A DNA stretch of 64,000 bases from Nemertoderma westbladi (lineage: Eukaryota > Animalia > Xenacoelomorpha): contig JAUCBJ010004774.1 of assembly GCA_032718475.1 (NCBI GenBank), positions 1 through 64,000 of the forward strand, read 5' to 3'. The notes beneath the pieces were generated by a model. That model was not told the origin of the DNA. It worked only from the letters and a program-made list of their open reading frames with translations, and ran no database searches. Each line of letters opens with the position of its first letter. Positions within the stretch are counted from its first letter, which is position 1. This document shows positions 51,801 through 60,800 of this stretch, one piece after another. A program made the position numbers and the translations under genes.

Positions 51801-54800
51801 TGGTGGAATTTTCATAAATTTTGGTGTGGCTTTAATTTGGTAGCATATTCAAATATATTATATAGAACTCTACTAACATACTACTCTTGTTTTCAGGTGG
51901 GCAAACCGAAATGTCTAACGGATTCTATTTCGGGATTATCCGCGGAATGCTAAGAGCTGGATTCTCATATAACGATAAAACTTATTGGGTTAATTTCCAA
52001 TCAACGGATTCTTTTTGGTCCCAATGGAATCACGTTGCCATGTTTGTTGAAGAGATTCATGGGTCTTTGACAAAATTGCAATTTTATTTAAACGGAGCCA
52101 AGGTATAATAATTTTATAATTTTACTTTTCAACTATCAGTTAGTCGAAGTACCTCCATCAACATTATAATATCATTATTAATGGGGCTCTGATCGAGTTC
52201 CGGCAGCTAGTGGTTTGTTTGTTTGTGGCTGTTGGTGTGTGCGGCAGCGGCAGGAATGTTTGAACGCTAATAAGTCAGTTAATCTCGGAACCAAACTTGG
52301 TACACTTATAGTCTATCAAAAGTTTAGAAATTTTACAAAAAGACAGACTTATATAGTTCCTCTGTTACTACGGGGCGAATTGACAGAAACGTAAACGCAG
52401 CTGTTATTATAGAACCAACAATCAGATTTATCTGAAAGTTGGTAGTAGTAACCTACGAGCATTACTTAAATAGGAATTTTACACACAGACAGACTTTTAC
52501 AGTTCCTCTGTCTGTCGTTAGGGGGCGAATTGACAGAAACGTAAACGCAGCTGTTATTATAGAACCAACAATCAGATTTATCTGAAAGTTGGTAGTAGTA
52601 ACCTACGAGCATTACTTAAATATAAATTTTACACACAGACAGACTTTTACAGTTCCTCTGTCTGTCGCTAGGGGGCGAATTGTCAGAGCTCCAGTTGATC
52701 GTGCTTAGCACGGTTTAATCTATCAGCCGCTTTGTTCGTTTCAATTTCAGTCTGTATGCGTTTCTGCATATTTCTGTTTACTTTTCTTTCTCTTTGTCTG
52801 TCATGGCGGATGGGGTAATGTTCATTTGTGTGTGTTTATTATTATTGTTATTACTTTAGTAGTAGTATTAGTAGTAGTAGTATTACTTTATTACGTTATT
52901 ACTCTAGGTAGCTACTGACTCCTATGGGCACACCAGAAGCAACGCGATTCATCAAGTTGGTTCCCAGATGTACGATATGTTCACCCATATTGTAATAGGA
53001 AGACCCAATAACGTCCAGGGGAATTATGGGTCGGTTTACATCGATCAATTAGAGATTCACATACAAAAAACCAGTGACCTGATATCCGACTACCTTAATC
53101 ACGCAATCAGGAGTAAGATAATACATATTTAGTACACCGAGGACCCACGTACAGTAGTATGCTTACTGCGTAGACTGATATAATATTATTACATTATTAT
53201 ATAATATTAACAATATTATATTATTATAATACAGAAAATTAGTTTTGAATCCATTTTTTGTTAATGGTTGTTGTTGGATGTTAATGGTTAATGGTTGCTC
53301 ATTTTTTGTACTTCAAGACATGGCGAATCTTACCGGCGTCACTTACCCATTTTTTTATTTGTAGCTCTTTTTTGAGTTTAGATTAGTTTTGATTTTAGAG
53401 TTTGAAATACAAGTTTTGGCAAATGTTACAAAATATCGTCTGTTAACGAGTGTATCTATTGAAAATTGAATAACACTTTAGTAGAGAAAAACATTTACCA
53501 ACTTTTCTTCCAGACCGCCAACAAGGCCCGAGTTACCTCCCTAGCAACTGATTTATGAAATGTAATGTATTGATTATTTTGTTTCAACTTTTATTTTTTG
53601 AGAAAAAGTCTGAGAAAAACGGTTTTAAAAATTAAAGCCCAATCCACAACTTAAATAAAGTCTTGAGAACACATCAAACATCAAGGGTCTAATGTCGCAG
53701 ACACAGGCCGGTTATTTGGACCAGAGTAATATTCTCATGAATCAAAATGAGTTTACCGCTTTAACCGTAGCTGGCACGCGCTATTTATACTACGCAATTG
53801 GAGGGAGGGTGGGGGGGATTTTATAATATTTTCAGATCTTTCCTGAAATTTAAAATTTTAAGGTATAAAAGGATTTTTCTAGATCGCCGATCACGATAAA
53901 TCTTGTTTAAAATATTTTTGGCATTCCAATCATCATTTTTGGTGCTATTCTGGTCGCCAGGACGAAAAGTAAGTAAACAAATGTCAAATTTTGTTTTGCC
54001 TTTGATTGTTAAGCAGAAATAAGACAAGACCCAGAAATGCTTAATTCTAAATGCAGAAGTCACATCAGTCAGAATCGACTTGCATGTGTAAACTGGGCCT
54101 TTACCATTAAGGACTGTTTCTACAATTTATCTTTATTTGTACAACACTATTGATGTAATATTTCATAATAATAAGATAAAGTTATTTTACACAATTTGCA
54201 GGTATTTCCAAGTATTTCTATATGGGTTGTTTCAATGAGCCTGTCTCATTCATTCCTAAAACAGTTGACAATACATTAGAAATGTATAACTCATGTCTCG
54301 ATTCTCAATACGCCATGATCAGGGAATTCGGACCATTCTACCAGATTATGTGTACAGATAATCTACCAACTATACAGTCTACTTCCTGTTCAGACTATCC
54401 TTATGAAAATACTGGAATGAAAATCGGTTAGTTACTGTACCGGTACTGCTACTGGTGTCAGTTACAATATTAACAACCCGTACCTTGCAAACACATGAAA
54501 TATTACAGTATTATATAGGTTTCTAGACAATGATGATACATTTTATGTGAACAAAAGTTCTAGAACTGTAACTAACTAACAATAGTAATTAAGATGTAGA
54601 ACGACTTTTTTACAAATAAAATATTTATCAAATATTATGTTTAATAGGTACCACAGCTGGCGCATCTGTGGCTGTTTTTAGGACCACTACATCAACCAAT
54701 TCTATCAAAGAGTTTAAAATATACAAACCAATTGAAGAGTTCCTGACGGAATTTGTGGATGAGTCTGGTGTAATTATTGCTGACGTCACGAACATAGAAC

Positions 54801-57800
54801 TAGGGACCAATATCGGTATAAAGATGACCAACATTCTGGATGCCGACCTCGATAAAGCCACACTGCTGGAGGATAAAGCTGACAGAGGAGGATTACATAT
54901 AGTTTATATTTATACCATTCTATATAAAAAAGGTGAGTCTTCAATCCTCAAAATAATTGGCGACATGTCTCATTAGATTTGATACATAGAACATTCGAAG
55001 CGGTTACATCTTTACACGTCATGAGTTTGATCCGTCGATGCGGATGCTAAGGTCGTTGTAATTTCGTGGATAGATTGCCCGCGTAGTTAATAAAACAATT
55101 GAAGCGGCCATTCGCAATAGGGAGTAAGTACGAAAAATGTGTTTGTGAGAAAATTATAACTTATTAATAGCCGTGTTTTTCATCTTAATCTTCCTTAACT
55201 GCAAAGATATATAAATTTCCGTGTGTGAAAATTGATTTCACGTATTTGCACGCTATTAACAAACATAAAGTTCGTATCAAAAAAAGATACTCCTTTCCGG
55301 AACTGAACTGTATTTTTTCTATTTGCATTTTAATGAAGGATAATCCCTTTTGACATGAATATAAATGATGACTTTTTTGCAAAGATAAATATTTTATCCA
55401 AAAAAGTTTGTTGTGTGTAATGCGTTTTTAGAGCCTGGGAAGGGTATAATGGAAAAAAGGAATAAAAAATATTAGGAGTAAATCATAACTAATTTAAAAA
55501 GAACCAAAAGCCAAAAATTAGCCGCGCTCTAAAAAACAGCAAATTTTTTCCCCTATATACAAGTCAATTGGTGTTAATATTACCCAAGATAGGCCTAGTG
55601 GTGGGGTGCCGCAAAATTCTGGTGTACCGTCAACCGGTACACCAGTCACCGGCACAGTCGCGGCATTGCGCGCCATCTGGCGCGCTTTATGTCCTTAATC
55701 CACTAATGACTGTGTATCTATCAATAAACGTTTATGGCTAACTATCGTTTCTCTACGATATCAACACAATTAAAGCAGGATTAGATAGATATACACTGCT
55801 GATGTGAGTAACTACGTCTAGAGTTCCGGTACACCAGAATATTCATAGAGTACTTCATATGCCTGACTGCTGTCACCCACAATTCATAATTCCCGCCTAC
55901 TAGGATCGGCATGCTGCATTGCAGCTGCATTTTTAGGAATGCTATGCCGGCTTATCGACAAAATTGCACCGCCACAACTCCCTATCACCCATGACATTTG
56001 CTAGATCATCCGCATCTTCAAGGCCAGTGTCCTTTAAGATGCGTCTCAAGAAAGTCATGGGCTGTCCACCATGCTTATTCACTCCATGAGGCTGCCAAAG
56101 TACAAGATTATGCACTGGCTGGTCCTCACGGCGAAAGCAATGTCCTGCAAAGCGGAGGCGATTTTGTTCTAGTGTCAAGCTTGGGGGAACCAATGAGACA
56201 CATCCAATGTTATATAGTGTCTGGTTGGGGATGTATGCATTGTACTTGACACAATGAACCCGGCGTAACATTCTTGTGAATGTGCCATCCAGAGATTTGG
56301 TGTCCTCAGCAGTTAGAGCCCAGCATGGACTCCCATAGAGGAGTACTGGAACTACTGCTGCTCTAAATAATCGGACCTTAAGTTTCCGATTAATTCTTGG
56401 TGACTTCCAAATCCTAGAAAGCCTATTCAAGGCTTCCCATGCCTTTCCCTTACGTATTGGAAGGTCCTCACCTGACTTCCGGATCCATGATCCCAGTTAA
56501 CAGAAGTCATCCACATGCTCAAGCATACCATCTTTTGAGCTTATGCTCATGAGACTTGCTGACTTGCTGAGGACTTTCAAAGTTAACTGTCAAAATTTTG
56601 GTCTTTCTGGAGTTAATAAAAAGACCAACACTAGAAGCAGCATGTTCTACTGAGCTGAGGAGCCGTTGGGCTCCCTCTAGTGATTCTGAGAGTACTCCTA
56701 AGTCATCAGCAAAGTCTAGATCAGTTAGGTACTTGGCAGGATTTCCTCGACTTCTGGAGCCAGTAGGTGGAGTTATCATCACCCCATCATCATTATGATG
56801 ATCTAAGGACATGCGTAGAACATAGTCAACAACAATTATGAACAATAATGGTGCAAGTCTGTCTCCCTGGAGGACGCCCCACAACACTTCAAATGGTTCT
56901 GTGTCACCGTCAATAGTAGACACAAATGTTGTCGAACCATCGTATACTGATCTGATTGCTGCTATAATTTCATCATGAATCCCATATAATGAAAGTATGC
57001 TGAACATACGTGAGCGAGAGACTGAATCAAAGGCCTTGAAGAAGTCAACAAAGATAACAGCCAGATGCCTGTCTTTCTTATTTGATAACTCTTCAATTAT
57101 CCTTCTAAGTGCCAAAATGGGCTCCATGGTCCCACGACCTTTACGGAACCCATTCTGATTTCCACGGTGCAGTCTCTCAATGGGATCCCTGATGCGATTT
57201 AATAGAATTCTATTGTATAGCTTTGCAGCAATCGAGATCAATGAGATTCCCCGAAAAAAAACCAAAGAGTGTTAGGTTGCCCTTCTTGGGAACTGGCACC
57301 AACTTATTTGTTTTCATTTCTTGTGGGACTCTTGTTGTTCGGTACATGTCTACTATGATGGGATAGATGAGCTTTAAACCGTTTCCTGTTTCGAGGGTAT
57401 ACAGAAACTGTTTCTGCAGCTGCTAACTTAACTGCCTCTGTGAAGGCAGTATAGCCCTCACAGTGATCTGCCGCCTCAGAGGCAAGAACCTCATACCTGT
57501 TGCTCAGCTGTAGTGTGAAGCTGGATCTCACACTTGGCTGTTGCAACAGAGAGGACCAGTCATGCCGCGGCAAGGCAGATTTCGTTGTTCTGCTAGCACG
57601 CAGACTAAGTCTTACCTTGGCCACAATAAGGCGGTGATCACTGGAGAAGGGTCGTAGTGTAAATGCATTACAGTCTTGTATAGAGCTCCTGTATTTCCAA
57701 CGAAACAGGATATGGTCTATCTGGGACTTGTGACCACTGGGTCCACTATGAGTCCATAGCTTTCCAGTTCGCTTCTTGAACTGGGTTCCAGCCGAAAACA

Positions 57801-60800
57801 ATCCATTTCCAGAGATAAAATCCTGAAGATGGACGGAATTTCGGTTGACACTATTGCTATAGACCCAGGGCGATGTAGGTGATTGATACAGACTTGCATT
57901 AAAGTCTCCCAGGAATGTTAAGAATGCATGCTGATCCACTCCATCAGTAGCTGCTTGTAGATTCTGGTAGAAATTTTCCACCTCCTCTACAGGGGCAACA
58001 TTAGTTGGAGAGTAGCACACAATCAGAACCACCTTAGGAAACTTCTTAGCCAGTCTTCCAGAACATGAGAAATGGCAACAGGTGATGCGGTTACAGATAT
58101 GGTCTATTTTGTCCAATGCTCCATGTGCAGTTGGATTCATCAATAGACCAATTCCACCATGGCCACTATCATCTGCTGAAGCGAGGGCGAGTCGCCAACC
58201 GCCCCCCATGTCCTTAATCAGAACCTCATCAGTCTGTCCAGTCTGCATTCGGTGCTCTTGAACACCCACTGCACTAAGAGAAAGCTTATCTGCCAAGGCC
58301 ATCAGCTCACCTTGTCGCATTGGGGACCCGAGTGTTAGGGTGTTTACTGAGGCTAGTCTAGTGACTTGCCTCAGATTCACCAATGGCTTTGTTGGTCGGG
58401 GTGGAACATGAGAGTAGCCTCCAACTCCAGAATCCCCCCCCCCCCCCCCCTCACAATCTGGCCTCCCTGGTGACCCAGGGTTTGGGCCAGAAAGGTCATC
58501 AGGAAAGGGACTCAAAGAATTGTTGGCTGCTCTCTCTCCAGTAGGGGGTGAGACAGGCAGCCGGTCAGGAGATAACTGACGCCTGTGAGGCCGATTGTGT
58601 CCAGTCATTCCACTGGCCTCTAGTGGCTGGACCTCCGCATTACTAATGTAATCCATAGTGGGGGTTGGGCGGTGCTTTTTTGCCGAGTCAGCTCTCGGGG
58701 CAAATACCACACCCTGGTTCCCGCCAATATTGGTTTGATCTCAGTGAATGGCAATAGGGAGTATCTTACTCACAACTCACTTACTCCTCTTTGATTCTCA
58801 ATGCTAAAAGGGAGTACCTTTTAAATGAAAATTTAAATATTACTGGTATGCCTTAGCCATCGTGACTGGCCTATTCAGCACATTAAAATGAACCAGAATC
58901 GGTGTCTAACTCAATTTTGATAAAATCATACTTACTCCCTATTACGTATGGCCGCTTCAATTGGATGAATAGGTACAGAGAATAAACATAAGAGTCCAAT
59001 AAAACACTGTAAAAGATTACAGTGGCGTTGCTTTCTAACATGAACAATTAACAAAATTTTATTTAACTTGCATTCACTGAATTTAGTGGTCTCTATACTA
59101 TACACCGTTATTTTACTTCTTGTGTGTTTCTACCAGATAGAGTATTATGGTTCATATGAAACTCACAAATATAAATTTTATTCCAGATGGCGCAGTAGTT
59201 CATACTAACAAAATTTCGGACGCTGATGACCCCCTCCCAATATCCTATTGGACCCCAGACCAACCGGGAATCTATCAATACGAGATTTTGATAGAAGACA
59301 GCTTCTACCCGGAGCAACCACTACCTATAACAACATCGTCACCGGAACAATTCACAGTGAAACGAATATTCGTGGACCCTCCTCAAGGCGTTACTATAAC
59401 AACCGATGGGGGCGACACAAACGCTCCTGTTGCTATTGTTGTTACCATAGCAGGAGATTCAGCCGCGAATTGTCAGTTAACAATAAATCAGTTAAGCAAC
59501 CCAATTCCAACCACTTTATCGGGTGCGTTGCACTCAGCAGCTGTCGTCCCTCCTGTTAATGATAACGATGGATTTGTTATTAGAACAATAACATTCGATC
59601 ACACGTTTAATACTGCCGATGAATACACCGCTATAATAGAGTGCCCTCCAGGTTCCGGAAGTATAACAAGCAATACCGTGTTTGTGGTTGATACTATTCC
59701 AGATGTAAGATTCACGCAATCTACTAATGTTATTAAGTTAGGAGAGAATATTCGCATAGATTGGACTCCCGTTGATCCGAATATAAGTTACGAGTTGCTG
59801 TTTGACGGTATAAAGGTTGGTTACAGTGCCGGTGGAACATCGATGTTCTATGAAGTTGTTTACGGGGAGACCTACACATGCGCCGGTAGCTACGAGCTGG
59901 TACTGACAGCCCAAACAATTAGTGGGGGCATGGTTACTGAAGTTGCTAATGTTATTGCACAGCAGGAAATAGCTGGAGTTTCTATCAAGGTGAGTACTAG
60001 TAGTTGTCTATTTTACCACTACAACTAGATCGAGCGAGCTTGGGAAGTGGAAATCCGGGGTTCACGATTCCCCATAGTTGTCGCTTTCTCAAGTTAATCT
60101 ATACTGTAATGTATATGTTATAGCCGGTCGTCCACGGCTAAGCTTTCCTTGTTTTTGTTGCCAGAAAAGCAGATCTGTTTTTTTTCCAGATTTCCGAAGA
60201 TACACAATGCAGCCCACAAGAGGATCACAGCATAAAGATGAATGTGTATGTGAACACACCAATCTTCGCAGTTATTTGCAATTTGCCGGATGGAGTGGAA
60301 GTCTTTGTAGAGATTGATTATAATAAACCTGGAGGCAAGTATAAAGCCCTATTACAATGTTTACCAGACATTATCATCAATCAAGTTGTAGTTTGAAAAT
60401 ATTATCTGTGACTGTATCCTTTAGAAACCGGCGACGTTTAAAACTATAGACATGCTGCATTGCAGCTGCATTTATATATTACATATATATTAGGAATGCT
60501 GTGCCGGCTTGCCAACACAATTGCGCCGCCACAACATAATATTTGCTAGATCATCCGCATATTCAAGGCCAGTGTCCTTTAAGAGGCGTCTCAATAACGT
60601 CACGAGCTGTCCAGTATAAGTGCATAAATCAATCATCTTATCTAATCAGACATTTTGCATAAAATTAAAAACTGTTTTCTTTTTTTTTGCAGAGGAGAGT
60701 GAATGGCGACGATACCCAGAATCTCCCAACCAGATCGTAATAGAAGGAAGTTACCCTGTACCCAGCGAGCAGAGCAACCCAGACAACCCAGCCGAAACGA

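Larger units (their letters stand above)
55101..58958. mobile_element. Non-autonomous TIR DNA transposon (Sola-like AATT target duplication) carrying nested insertions
   Basis: 30-bp TIRs GAAGCGGCCATTCGCAATAGGGAGTAAGTA / TACTTACTCCCTATTACGTATGGCCGCTTC (2 mismatches), flanked by AATT on both sides. Confidence 0.7.
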
